DNA of 64,000 nt from assembly GCA_963785305.1 (NCBI GenBank), contig CAWAUV010000002.1:32001-96000 (forward strand). Reading direction: 5' to 3'. A program made the translations under genes and the position numbers. The DNA comes from an uncultured Planctomycetaceae bacterium (GTDB lineage: Bacteria; Planctomycetota; Planctomycetia; Pirellulales; PALSA-1355). The notes beneath the pieces were generated by a model. That model saw only the letters and a program-made list of their open reading frames with translations. It ran no database searches and had not been told where the DNA came from. Positions 52,285 through 63,422 of this stretch are shown in pieces; position 1 is the stretch's first letter, and each line of letters opens with the position of its first letter.

Positions 52285-52368
52285 GCCACGAAAGTAACAC
52301 GGAATAAGAATGGAGGTTGCCCCACCTTCTTTCCGGTTTTTTCCGTGATTTCCCTGTTGTTCCGTGGC
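52285..52368. repeat. Palindromic intergenic repeat (gccacg...acacggaa / ttccgtg...ttccgtggc)
   Basis: Imperfect inverted repeat built from short subunits. Confidence 0.5.
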
Positions 52369-52408
52369 AAAAGTCCTTTTGCCGCGCTCAAGGCCGCGGC
52401 GGCGATTC

Positions 52409-54442
52409 TCATTTGTGATCGTGGTCGTGATCGTGGTCGCCGTGCATGTGGCCGCCGGGGCCTAGTTTTTGCAAGGCGTCGAGATCGCCCAGACCATCGC
52501 CCTTGCCGGGCTCCTTGGTTTTCTTCTTGATGACGTCGGCCCGGCTGAGATGAATCTTGTGATACACCTCGTCGGAAATCACATAATACCAGTCGGCGAA
52601 GCGATCGTTGAGCTGCTTGACGTGCTCGCGGCCCTTGGTGATTTTTTCGTCGTATTCCGATTGCTGCCGCTTATTCTCTTTTTCGATCGCGGTGCGCAGA
52701 TCGGCCTCGGCTTTGGCCTCGCGGGCTTTGGCGCGGGTCTGGCCGCCGGCTTCTTCGCCTCCCTCGGCCGGCATTTCGCCCGGCTTCGTTTCGCCCGGCT
52801 TCGCATCACCCGGCTTCGTTTCGGCGGGCTTGGCGTCGGAGACCGGGGCATCCGCGGTTGGCGCGTCGGCGGGCTTTGCTTCGCCGGCGGGGCTCAAGCT
52901 CGGAGCCGCGGAGTCGGAACTGTCCGGAGCCGCCTTCGCGGCCGGCTTTTCATCGGCGGTGAGATGGAAAATATTCCGGCGCGGTTTCGCGCCTTGCTTA
53001 TCGGAAGCATCGGGCTTGCCGGCGTCGCCGGGCTTCGCCCCATCGTCCGGCTTGGCGGGCGATTCGGGCGCCGCTGGCGAGTCTGGCTTGCTCGTCGCGT
53101 CGGTTTTCTCGGCCGGCTCTTCTTTCTTCGGCTCGCTCGCGGCTGGCGGTTGTTCGCCGCCCGCGGGCGGGAGCTCCTTGAGTTCCGGCTTGGGAATGCG
53201 ATCCTCGCGGAACTGACAGGAGATGAACAAATAGCGGTTCAGCCGCGAGGTCTTCGATTTGTCTTCGCCCGGCGCCGCGGTTTTTGGGTCCTCTTTTTCT
53301 TCGTCGGCGCCGGCGACCGTCGGCTCGCCGAAGCGGAGCGTGTATTCAACACCGTCCTTGACGAACGCGAGCACCTCGCCTTCGGTGGAAAGAATCTCGG
53401 TTTGTCCTTCCTCGCCGGCAAAAGCATAGAAGCCCTTTTTCTGCAATGAGAGGGCCGCTTCACGGTCTTTGACAAAGGCGTCGGTCACGCGCAGATCGCG
53501 ACTCAGGCCGGCCGGCTTGCGCTGCACATCGACGATCTTCAGGTCGTCGAGCGCGTTGCGCATCGCGTTGAGCTTTTCGGTGTTCAGCTCCTCGTCGTCG
53601 CCCAGCTTGCCTTGGATTTCCTTGCGGTTCTTGTATTCGATAAGCTCCGCGAGATTCCATTTCGATTTTTCGTCATCGTAGTCGAGCTTTATCTTGCCGC
53701 GGCGAACCATGGCGATCGCGGGTTGCCCGTCCTGCCCGATGCCTTCGTCGAGCGAATAATCGTTGAGCTGCACCTCGCGGATATCAAACGCATTGATCTT
53801 GAGCAAATCCTTTTCGATCCATTCGGAAAACCGGGTCGAAAGCTTGTCGGTCTTGAGCATCACTTGATACACCTGGTCGTGGCCGGCCAGTGCGCACATA
53901 GCGCAGGTCGGGTTGCTCCTTGCCCTGCTCTTGCCGATGATCATGTCGGCCAAAATCGAATCGTTCGCCCCGCGAAAGGTCACCTGCTCGCCGATGCCGG
54001 TGTCGCCGGCCTTGAGTTTGGCCGGGTCGGGCGCCACCACGCCATAGGTCTGAAAATCGCCGGGCCGGTTGCTCACCATGGCGATCGACTTCAAGTCGAG
54101 CACGCTCACGGCGGCTTCGCCCATGTGTTGGGTGGCGTCGGCCGGGTAGTCCTCGTGCGAGGGGATCACCCAGCGATCGTTTTGCAGCTTGACGCTAAAT
54201 GTGCGAACAGCGCCGGTTTCCTCGTCGAACTTGACGATCTGAATTCCCGTGGCCTGGGCGGCCTTTTCGAATTTGGGAAACAGTTTAACGACGCCGATCG
54301 GCTCGTCGTCGGTCTTGGCCGAGATGCGCCAGGGCTCGAGCGCGAGCAACATGGCCAGCAGCGCGACGGCGCCGAAGATCGCCGTTTTCTGACCTTGGCT
54401 GAGCGAGACATTACGGGGATCGGTCGTGGCCGAATGGTTCAT
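52409..54442 (-). CDS. DUF4340 domain protein
   Basis: WVIPSHEDYPADA, F.EWIEKDLL, EYTLRFG, LNDRFADWYYVIS. Follows the Gld-like genes. Confidence 0.8.
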   Translation of the reverse strand: MNHSATTDPRNVSLSQGQKTAIFGAVALLAMLLALEPWRISAKTDDEPIGVVKLFPKFEKAAQATGIQIVKFDEETGAVRTFSVKLQNDRWVIPSHEDYPADATQHMGEAAVSVLDLKSIAMVSNRPGDFQTYGVVAPDPAKLKAGDTGIGEQVTFRGANDSILADMIIGKSRARSNPTCAMCALAGHDQVYQVMLKTDKLSTRFSEWIEKDLLKINAFDIREVQLNDYSLDEGIGQDGQPAIAMVRRGKIKLDYDDEKSKWNLAELIEYKNRKEIQGKLGDDEELNTEKLNAMRNALDDLKIVDVQRKPAGLSRDLRVTDAFVKDREAALSLQKKGFYAFAGEEGQTEILSTEGEVLAFVKDGVEYTLRFGEPTVAGADEEKEDPKTAAPGEDKSKTSRLNRYLFISCQFREDRIPKPELKELPPAGGEQPPAASEPKKEEPAEKTDATSKPDSPAAPESPAKPDDGAKPGDAGKPDASDKQGAKPRRNIFHLTADEKPAAKAAPDSSDSAAPSLSPAGEAKPADAPTADAPVSDAKPAETKPGDAKPGETKPGEMPAEGGEEAGGQTRAKAREAKAEADLRTAIEKENKRQQSEYDEKITKGREHVKQLNDRFADWYYVISDEVYHKIHLSRADVIKKKTKEPGKGDGLGDLDALQKLGPGGHMHGDHDHDHDHK

Positions 54443-54576
54443 GGTTCGAAACGCCTCTGACTGAAATTGCGGTTTACTTCGAATGAATCGTTATCGCCGG
54501 GGTTTTGTCCCAAAGTCACGGGGGCCGCACGGCAAATTACCCGCCGCGCGAAAGTCGCCGCCCGCGGGTCGAGCGA

Positions 54577-57571
54577 TCAGCGCAAACGCGACTTCGAAAC
54601 TCCCTCGCGTTCCTGGGCTCGGCGGCTGAAAAACACGAAAAACGCAAGCAAAAGCGGCGGAATCGGCGGCAGCAGCACGGCCCACATCTTGTACCAGTCT
54701 TGGGTGGCGCACATCCTGCAAACGTTTGTGCTCGATCAATTTCAAGTTGTGATCGAGCTCTTGTTTGTTGCGCTCGCGGGCAATATCGACCCGGCGTTTG
54801 ATTTCCTCGATCTTGATGATCCAGTTCGTGGCCGTGTCGGGATTCGTGAGGCCGCCGTTTTTCTTGGCCTCGGCGTTGACCTTGTCGATTTCTTCTTGCA
54901 ATTTCTTGCTGGTTTTTTGAATTCAACGGCTTGCATTTGGCGGGCGCCCTCGGCTTCGAGCTTCGCGTCCTCGGTGGCGGCGGAGACGCCGACGAGCGTC
55001 TTATGCACCGGCTCGCGGCCGCGAATGCTGATAAACCGCTCGTCGCCGGCAAGCACATCCAGCGAATTGAGCACGAAGGTCACATTTTGAAGGGCCCAAT
55101 TCACTTCGTCTTCATCACCCGAGGCGCCATGGGCCCGCACCGCGAAGATGCCGGAGAACAGGCAGTCGATATCGGGCACGAGCACCACGCGAATCTCGGT
55201 CGGCGCCGGCTTCTTCTCGCTTTCGGCTTTCTCGGCTTTGGGTTTCTCGGCGGGGGCCTTCTCGGCGGCGGGCTTTTCCAATGGGGGCTTTTCCGATGAT
55301 GATTTTTCGGCCGGGGCCTTTTCGGACTCCGGTGTTTCAGCCGCGGTTTTTGCCGTGTCGGTATCGGATTTTGGCGCGGCGTCGGGCGGGCTCGCGGCGC
55401 CGGCGGGTGAGTCGGTCGCCGGTTTATCGGCGGGCGCGGTCTCGACGCCGGGGCCATCAGCCATTTTCTTGTTGTTCGCGCCGATCGGGCCATGGATATA
55501 GGCGCCCATCACATAGCTCTGGCCCGTGCCTTTATAAAATTGCTCGCGGCGCTGATTGAGCGAGGGCCGGCCCATGAAGTTGCGCTCGAAGACCTTGTCG
55601 ATCGCGAGGTTTCCGGTGCGCTGTTGGTGCGCATCAGGTCGGTCACGGTCATGGGCGTGTTGTTGAGCGGCGTGATCGCCCCGGCATAGACGAGCAGCAC
55701 TTGATGCAGGCCAGCCGTGATCTTGTTTTTTTCGTTGAAGGCGTCTTTTTCGCCGCTTTGCGGATCGACGAAAACCCATTCGCGCGTGATACCGTAGTTG
55801 GCGGCCTTCGGGTACGGATTCCAGTCTTCCCAGACCACGTCGCTGGCCATGAAATCCACGCCCAGCAGCCTCCACAGGCCGGTGATATCGCCCTTGGGCT
55901 GCGGCTGCTGGCGGCCGAACATGCCCATCATTCCGCCGGGCGCCTGCTTGGGGGCGTTGGTGCCCGGCGTGTCGCTCATTACCGGCAGCGGGTCCTCGAA
56001 GATCGCGGTCGGCTGACCGGCCGCCACGGCGGCGATGAAATTGTCCATCTGCTGCGGATTCCAGCTCGAGGGTTGCACCGCCAGCAGGGCGTCGTATTGC
56101 TCGGTGATCGGGTTGCTCGGGTCGACCGGCGTGACTTCGTACTGCTTTTGCAGTTCCTCGATCAGCATCTGGTTGGGCGTCGATTGCATGGTGCTGGGAT
56201 CGAAGCCGCCGAACATGCGGGCATCGGTCTGGAGCACGCCGATCTTTTTACGCCGAGGCTGGCTCGCGGTGCAGATCGAACGCACCAGTTCATATTCCAC
56301 CGGCAGGCCGCGATCGAAAAACGGCACGACGACTTTTTCCAAGCCGCAAGTAAACGCCACGCCCAGGAAGATGCCCTCGTCGGCCCGGCCGCGCGGCAAG
56401 CGCGTCATCACCGGCCGCGGCGTGATGCCGAACTGCTGCTCGGCCCGCGTGGCCTCCTCGGTAAACGGCTCCATGTTGTCATGGATCACCACATCGAGCT
56501 TCGAGCCGCCCAGGGCCTGGAACTCGCGAAGCATGGCGAGCAAATTGAGCCGCGTGGCCACGTAGTCCTCGGGAAAGTCGCGGCTGACGCTCAAAAACGC
56601 CTCGACATGCACCGGGTGCTTCGGATCGAGATCGGCGATCAGCTTGCGAGTGTCGGGCGAGAGCGAGTTGAGGCGATCGGTCGAGGCGTCGGCGCGGAGC
56701 GTGTCGTGGCGCGAGAGAAACACGTTGACCGACACCACCGCCACGATCAGCGCCACGAGCGCGCCAGATAATGCCACCCCATCGACTCGCCATCGCGTCC
56801 GCCGCTCCAGTGGCGCCGGCCGATGAAGACCATGCTCAAGTACAGCATGGCGGCGGCGAGCGAAAGGAAATACACGATGCTGCTAAATGTGATCATGCCG
56901 CGGCCGTAGTCGCGAAATTGCTCGGACAGGCTCAGGTGTTTGATGAAGTGCGGCAGACCGGGCCAGTGCTTGGTGACCCACGCCGGCATTGCCATCGACT
57001 CGGCGTCGGCCGCGAACACGAGCGGAATATTGAACACCGCGCCGAGCACGAAGCCGACCGTGAGATTGCCCGTGAGAAACGACGCCGCCATGCCGATGGC
57101 GAGCATCGCCAGACCCACCATCCAGTAGCCGAAGTACGCGGCCACGAACAGGCCCGTGTCGAGATTCAGCCAATTGTCGGGCGCTTTGCTAAGCCACACC
57201 AGCACGGTGAAATTGCACATGGCCGAGAAGATGAGCGACACGGTGTAGATGCCCACGGCGGCCAGATATTTGCCGAGCACCACGTCGAAGTCGGTGGCCG
57301 GAATCGTGAGCAGGAGCTCGTCGGTGCCTTGGCGCCGCTCCTCGGCCCAGATGCTCATGGTGATTGCCGGAATGAACACCAGCAGGATATAGGGCAGCGA
57401 CTTATTGAGCTGGTTCAGATTGGCCAGATTATCGTTGAAGAAATCGTTGGGCCAAAATGCCGCGAACGATCCGAGCAACACAAACACGCAAATAAACACA
57501 TAGCCGGTCGGATTGCTGAAATAGCTGACCAGATTGCGTCGAAAGATCGCGCCAATCACGTTCGGATTCAT
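54577..57571 (-). CDS. GldF-like ABC permease fused to GldG/IFT52-like domain; multiple frameshifts
   Basis: SYFSNPTGYVF, WAEERRQGTDELLLT, GLPVEYELVRSI, NVTFVLNSLDVLAGDERF, and C-terminal AVLLPPIPPL...EREGV.KSRLR. Confidence 0.85.
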
Positions 57572-57716
57572 GATTCCCTTATCCCCTGAAGCTGTGCCTA
57601 GGTTTTTTCGTCGGGCCGCTGGCCGCCGCCGGTTTCCCCCGGGCGACTTCGCCCGCGGTCGGGCTCTCGGGCTCCTCCATGCCGGGCGTTTTAGCCATCG
57701 GCGGGCGCCGAGACCG

Positions 57717-58436
57717 TTATACGGTGAGCTGGTGGAAACGTTCGTCGAGATCGGCGCCCAAGCTCTCGACCGGGCCATCGAACACGAGCCGGCCTTCGTT
57801 AATAAAGAGCACCCGGCCGGCGATCGCCTGCACTTCTTGCAAAATATGGGTCGAGAGCAAGATCGTTTTGTTTTCGCCTAGCCGGCGAATCGTGTCGCGC
57901 ACATCGCGAATTTGGTTCGGGTCGAGGCCCGCGGTCGGCTCGTCGAGAATCAGCACGTCGGGCTCATGGAGCAGCACTTGGGCCATGCCCACCCGCTGAC
58001 GAAAGCCTTTCGACAGTTTGCCGATGGCTTTGCCGATCACGCTGCCGAGCGAGCAGAGCTCGACCACGTCGGCAATGCGGCGTCGCTTGCGATCGCCGCG
58101 AATGCCGCGGGCATCGGCGAAAAATTCGAGCAGGCTTCGCGGGGTCATGTCGGGGTAGAGCGGGCCGTTTTCCGGCAGATAGCCCAGCCGCGCCGCGCCG
58201 GCCAGCCGATCGGTGCTCATATCGTGGCCCGCGATTCGAGCCACGCCGCGCGAGGGCGACAAGTAGCCGGTGAGCAACTTCATCGTCGTGCTCTTACCGG
58301 CCCCGTTGGGCCCCAGAAACGCCACGACTTGTCCCTGCGGAATGCTGAAGGTGACATCATCCGTGGCGGCAAAGTCGCCGTAGTATTTCGACAAGCCAAC
58401 CGCCTCGATCATGGCGGGACCGTTTTCATGGGCCAT
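57717..58436 (-). CDS. ABC transporter ATP-binding protein (GldA-like)
   Basis: GPNGAGKST, LSKGFRQRVG, ILDEPTAGLDPNQI. Confidence 0.92.
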   Translation of the reverse strand: MAHENGPAMIEAVGLSKYYGDFAATDDVTFSIPQGQVVAFLGPNGAGKSTTMKLLTGYLSPSRGVARIAGHDMSTDRLAGAARLGYLPENGPLYPDMTPRSLLEFFADARGIRGDRKRRRIADVVELCSLGSVIGKAIGKLSKGFRQRVGMAQVLLHEPDVLILDEPTAGLDPNQIRDVRDTIRRLGENKTILLSTHILQEVQAIAGRVLFINEGRLVFDGPVESLGADLDERFHQLTV

Positions 58437-58920
58437 TACGCCTGCTCCCGATGGATACTCGCTTGTGAAGCCGCTGCCGCTCGAAAAACCTGAAACGCGC
58501 CCGCGAAGGCGGCCATCTTCCGCGGGGGCGAGCCGCGCGGCCAGGCAAAGCGCCCAACGTCGACCGGCTTCCCCGGCAAGCGCGAAGAAAGCTAGAAAGG
58601 TACTACGTTGGCCCCCGACCTGTCCAGACGGTTTCGGAAAATCTGGTCGATTTCCAAGGAAAAGCGTTTGGCGCCCCCGACTTTCGTCGCGACACTGGCG
58701 ACCAACCGCCACCCGCCGCCGCCCCAGCCCCATAAGACGCCATAGCACTCTATACGCCACGAAAGGCCGCTGGATCGCGGGTCCGCGAAGAAAAACAACG
58801 CTGCGAGCGTAATGCCTTGGATACTAGAATGTTACACGCGGGGGGAGCATGTGCCGCGCCGTCCGGGGCCACGTCTCGCGCCGGCGCCCCGCCGTCGCCC
58901 ACGAACTGGAGCAATACGAC

Positions 58921-59691
58921 ATGGGATATGCACTAATCCGCGGGTTTATCGTCAGAACCGGCGAGCGGTCGGAGTTCAACCATGTCCAAGGCGGCGCGTG
59001 CTCCCATCGCGGCGGACATTGCACATCCTGCGATCGGCCGCTCTTGAAACTTTGGCAGATCGACTGCGGCGATCCGAGATTGGTCTCGGTGGAGACGGGC
59101 GTAAGAGTGTTCGCGGGCCTCGAAAATCTGCCGCTGTACTACTGCTGGAGATGCGGGGGCGAAGTGGCCTATCGCATTGATGGCCCGGCCGAAATCACCA
59201 TGCTCATGAACACGGGCAGCGATCAGGGCGACGATTTTCCATATTCCAACTACCCGCTCGCGTTTCCCGAGTCCCCACTGCGACTCTATTGCCCTGAGGA
59301 CGTGCCAACCAACGTACGAGCGTGTATCGAGCGATCTCGCGAAGTCTTCGACAAGCTGCCTGAAGACGAGCGAGAACTCTTATCGCATTTTTTGCAAAGG
59401 CCGATCCGCCGAGCGTTTGATGTTTGGGTCCAGCAGTTCGGCGGCGAGCCTTACTTGATTCAAGGCCCCGAAAATAACATTTGCCCGAACCCCGAGTGCG
59501 AACTTCATCGCGACGGCGAGACAATGCGGATTCTGGCGGGTCCGATCAACGATCCACCCGGCGGCCTGCCGATGATCGAATCGCTGGCGGATGTCGCCGC
59601 GAACAACGGCCACTTCGACGAATTCGTGCAAGTCGTTTTCCACTTTTGCCCAAGCTGCCACAGCGTGCATGCGACCAATCGCCGTGATTGA
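58921..59691 (+). CDS. Cys-rich hypothetical protein (YwqG/DUF1963- or PDCD2_C-like)
   Basis: CTSCDRPL..L.QID, YYCWRC, FGGEPYLIQ..CPNPEC, FCPSC. Confidence 0.55.
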   Translation: MGYALIRGFIVRTGERSEFNHVQGGACSHRGGHCTSCDRPLLKLWQIDCGDPRLVSVETGVRVFAGLENLPLYYCWRCGGEVAYRIDGPAEITMLMNTGSDQGDDFPYSNYPLAFPESPLRLYCPEDVPTNVRACIERSREVFDKLPEDERELLSHFLQRPIRRAFDVWVQQFGGEPYLIQGPENNICPNPECELHRDGETMRILAGPINDPPGGLPMIESLADVAANNGHFDEFVQVVFHFCPSCHSVHATNRRD

Positions 59692-59731
59692 ATGCGCGAC
59701 GACCGAGGCGCGATGGCCCGCTTCGCGGCTA

Positions 59732-61063
59732 CTAGACGAAGGTTCGCGGTTGGCCGGTCGATTCCAAGACCGACATCCAGAGGTCGCCATTCGGGTCGAC
59801 GGTGTAGCGTTCGCGAATGGCCATCGGGATCGGCACATGCACGAAGCGCCCGTGCCAGCGGCCGACCACCATTTCCGTCCGACCGCTCATCGCCGCATGC
59901 ACGGCGTTGTGACCCAGCCGCAGGCAATACACGCTGTCGTGCGGATTGGCCGGCACGCTGCGGATCGCATAGCTGGGGTCGATGTACTTGAGGTTGAGCT
60001 CCATGCCGATCGAGCCGAAGTGGTCGCAGATCGCGTGCCGCAGATAGAGCCCGATATCGTGCAATCGCCGGTTGCCCGAGGCGTCGCGTCCGTGGTCGTG
60101 TTCGTGGAGAAGGTCCTGTCCGGCGCCCTCGGCGACCACGATCACGGCGTGTCCCTTGGCCTGAAGCTGGCGTTTCAGTTCGTTGAGCAGCCCGGCGCCG
60201 CCTTCGAGCTTGAAGGGCACCTCGGGAATGAGCACGAAGTTGGCGTCGTTGTTGGCCAGCGAGGCATAGCAGGCGATGAAGCCCGAGTGGCGGCCCATGA
60301 GCTTCACCAGCCCCACTCCATTGGGCGAGGCCTTGGCTTCGACATGGGCGGCGCGAATGCTCTTGGCCGCTTCGGCGAACGCGGTTTGAAAGCCGAAGCT
60401 TTGGTCGATGAACATAATGTCGTTGTCGATCGTCTTGGGAATTCCCACGACCGCGATCTTCGACCCGCGCTCGGTGACCTCCTTGCTGATCTGCATCGCG
60501 CCGCGGAGCGTGCCGTCGCCGCCGATCACGAACAGAATGTTGATGCTCATCTGTTCGAGGCAGTCGACCATTTCGGCCGGGTCTTGTTGTCCGCGCGAGG
60601 TGCCGAGAATCGAGCCCCCGTGTTCGTTGATATCGCCCACGACTTTCGGCGTGAGGTCGATCACCGGGCGGCAATGTTTGGCGACGAAGCCCTGGTACCC
60701 GTTGCAAAAGCCATAGATCTTGCGCACTCCATAGCGATAGTGCAGTTCCATGACCAGGGCGCGGATCACATCGTTGAAGCCCGGGCAAAGACCGCCGCAG
60801 GTGACGATGCCGGCCCGGGTTTTCGAGGGATCGAAAAAAATCTTGCGTCGCGGCCCCGCGGGCTCGAACGACGGCAAATGATCGAGCGATGGCCGGGCTC
60901 GCAAGCCCGACATGGTGCCATCGAACACCACGCGATCGTCTTCATGCACATTGTGGAAGCTTTCGCCGCGCTCCGCGAGCATGGGCGCGAGCGGCGAGTC
61001 AATACGACAGGGACCGAGCGACTTGACCTGGAAGTCGTCGGTTTCAAGCAGTTTTTCGATCAT
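59732..61063 (-). CDS. pfkA: 6-phosphofructokinase, probably ATP-dependent (long group X type)
   Basis: TCGGLCPG, GTSRG, GGDGT (Gly variant), PKTIDND, MGRHSGF, YIDPSY.IRS. Confidence 0.92.
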   Translation of the reverse strand: MIEKLLETDDFQVKSLGPCRIDSPLAPMLAERGESFHNVHEDDRVVFDGTMSGLRARPSLDHLPSFEPAGPRRKIFFDPSKTRAGIVTCGGLCPGFNDVIRALVMELHYRYGVRKIYGFCNGYQGFVAKHCRPVIDLTPKVVGDINEHGGSILGTSRGQQDPAEMVDCLEQMSINILFVIGGDGTLRGAMQISKEVTERGSKIAVVGIPKTIDNDIMFIDQSFGFQTAFAEAAKSIRAAHVEAKASPNGVGLVKLMGRHSGFIACYASLANNDANFVLIPEVPFKLEGGAGLLNELKRQLQAKGHAVIVVAEGAGQDLLHEHDHGRDASGNRRLHDIGLYLRHAICDHFGSIGMELNLKYIDPSYAIRSVPANPHDSVYCLRLGHNAVHAAMSGRTEMVVGRWHGRFVHVPIPMAIRERYTVDPNGDLWMSVLESTGQPRTFV

Positions 61064-61947
61064 GGCGCGACATCGCCCCCCGGGCAGCGGATCGACTTGT
61101 CGCCAGACGCCTTACCGCTTTTCGACGCCGGCGAACCGCGACAATTCGCCGGCGAACATGGATTTTCACCTCGCACTGCGCCTGACCAAGCGCCGCGACG
61201 CGATCGACACGGAACGGATTCGAAAGAGAGCCGGCAATTCGAGTTCGGCAGGGGCAAAACGCGTGCCGCGAGCGCACGGGAAGCCGCATTTCGCCTAGCC
61301 GCCGCATTCCTCGCCGCGAAAATCGCGTGGAATCACTTCGGCTGACCCGCCGGGAATCCGCGGCGGGGGGCTCGGTTCGGGCGGTCGATGGCTTGCCCGC
61401 CGAGCAGTAGGCGCCCACGATTTCCGCATTGGGACCCCCGACCGGACCTAGGCATAGATCAACTGGGAATCGCGAGCCGAATCGGCGCTCAGCGAGCCGC
61501 GGAGCTTGCGCGCGTCGCGGCGCACATAGCTCGGAGAGGAGTATCGCCAGCCGAGAGAGGAACGTGTGCCGGGAGCGCCTGGTTTCGTGGATCGACGAGA
61601 CTTCGAGATTCTTTGCATCATGGATATTTCCCCCCAAAACGAGGCGACGAGCAAATCGGTTGTTCAACCGCTTCCGTAAGAATGTATCGGTTACTCGAAG
61701 TCTCGCCTTTACGCGAGATCGGGGGCGGCTACCGATTGTGCCGACGCTAGCGGTCGGCGGAAAAGCCGGGTTTTACTCGCTGGCCGAGCTTTGACTCAAG
61801 AAAAAAGCGGCTCGCATTTGCAGGCGGGGCAACTAGAATGAGCCGGAAACCGCTTGTGACCCCGTGGCGAGAGGGCTCTCTATCGGACCCCTCGCCGCCG
61901 CGTCGCCCGCCTTCCCCTCCAACACTGCTTTGCAAAAAAGGTGCTTC

Positions 61948-62717
61948 ATGATCTCTCAGGCGACTTCGCGACATTCCCGCGCCCCCGCGGCCTTTGGCTT
62001 GGGCCGCTGGCCGATTTTCGCCGTGCTCGCGGCGCTGACCATGGCCCCGTTGACTTTCGCGCCCCTGGCGGCGGCGGCCGACGGCGACGGCTTCACGGCC
62101 ATCTTCAACGGCTCTTCGCTCGAAGGCTGGGACGCGAACCCGAAATTCTGGCGCGTGGAAGACGGCGCGATCACCGGCCAGACCTTGGCCGACAATCCGA
62201 CGCCCCACAACACATTTTGCATTCTCAAGGGCGAACCGGTCGGCGACTTCGAGCTCAAGGCCGACTTCAAAATCGATGGCGGCAATTCCGGCATTCAATA
62301 TCGCAGCAAAGCGATGCCCGATTGGGTGGTCGGCGGCTACCAAGCCGACTTCGACGCCGGCATGGGCTGGACCGGCTCGCTCTATGAAGAGCGCGGCCGT
62401 GGAGTGCTCGCCAAGCGCGGCAACAAGGTGACGATCGACGCCGATGGCAAGAAGACCGAGAGCAAGATCGCCGATGAGAAGGCGATTCTCGACAACGTGA
62501 AGAAAGACGGCTGGAACACCTACGAAATCATCGCCATCGGCAATCACCTCACCCAGAAGATCAACGGCATGACGACCATCGAACTGATCGACGATCAGGT
62601 TGACAAGCGGGCCATGTCGGGCATCATCGCGCTGCAGGTTCATGCGGTGCGCCGATGAAAGTGCAGTTCAAGAACATTTTGCTCAAGCGGCTCTCGTCCG
62701 CGAGCGAAGCGAAGTAA
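61948..62717 (+). CDS. DUF1080 (3-keto-disaccharide hydrolase) protein; frameshift near 62647
   Basis: FNG.SLEGW, NSGIQYR, GYQAD, WNTYEI, G.IALQVH|..PMKVQFKNI. Confidence 0.88.
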
Positions 62718-63000
62718 CACGCCGGGCCGCTGGGGCCAAGGGCGATTGTTCGCGGCCTTGCGCGACGAGACGAATACGACGGCGGTGAAGATCGGGATCG
62801 ATTTTCACCGCCGTCGCCACGCGCTCGCGACAGCGTCGCGGGCCGCCGGCCCGCCGCGAGGTTGACCCTTGCGAAGTGGCGGCGTCGAAGAGGCATGGCA
62901 TCGGCGGCCGGGCGGGTTATCATATTCTCGTGGTCGTGGATCGCCGCGCGGCGCGATCCGCGAGGCGAAAACATTTTGGCGTGGTACGGAGGAGCGTTGC

Positions 63001-63369
63001 ATGCCCAAGCTTACAGTCGAAGGCGTCGGTGAATTCACGGTTCCCAAAGACAAGCGGCTGGTGCTCGCGCTGGTCGACGAAGCGGGCACGGACCAACTCT
63101 ACGCCTGCGGAGGCAATGTGCGCTGCACGACCTGCCGCGTGGAATTCGTGTCCGGCGAGCCGGAGCAAATAACCGTGGCCGAAAAGACGGTGCTGGCGGC
63201 GAAAGGGCTGTCGTCGGCGCCGCATATTCGCCTGAGCTGCCAGCTTTTGTGCGAGCACGACATGACGGTAAAGCTCATCAGCCGCCTCGAAGGCAGCGGC
63301 CGCATCGACGCCGGCAAGCGCCCCACCGACGCCCTGGCCCCCGAACCGGTCGAGTGGACGACCAAGTAG
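63001..63369 (+). CDS. 2Fe-2S ferredoxin
   Basis: CGGNVRCTTC...RLSCQ. GGAGG RBS. Confidence 0.9.
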   Translation: MPKLTVEGVGEFTVPKDKRLVLALVDEAGTDQLYACGGNVRCTTCRVEFVSGEPEQITVAEKTVLAAKGLSSAPHIRLSCQLLCEHDMTVKLISRLEGSGRIDAGKRPTDALAPEPVEWTTK

Positions 63370-63422
63370 GCGCCACGCAATCCGGAGGAGGAAAAAAAGC
63401 GGCAAAATGATTCAGCGCGCGC

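Noticed and set aside
59591..61345. Long antisense ORF over pfk (similar ones at 8411..10030 and 11975..13240)
   Set aside because: High-GC shadow ORFs with no recognisable motifs.
61064..61947. Long intergenic region, possible ncRNA or small ORF (61448..61621, minus strand)
   Set aside because: No recognisable RNA family or protein motif; cannot be supported without a covariance or homology search.
9994..62717. Apparent mass pseudogenisation (paaK-like, rpoN, dnaX, PL4, gldFG, PepSY_TM, DUF1080)
   Set aside because: Isolated 1-bp indels without other decay, including in essential dnaX, fit long-read consensus errors better than biology. Polishing would decide.
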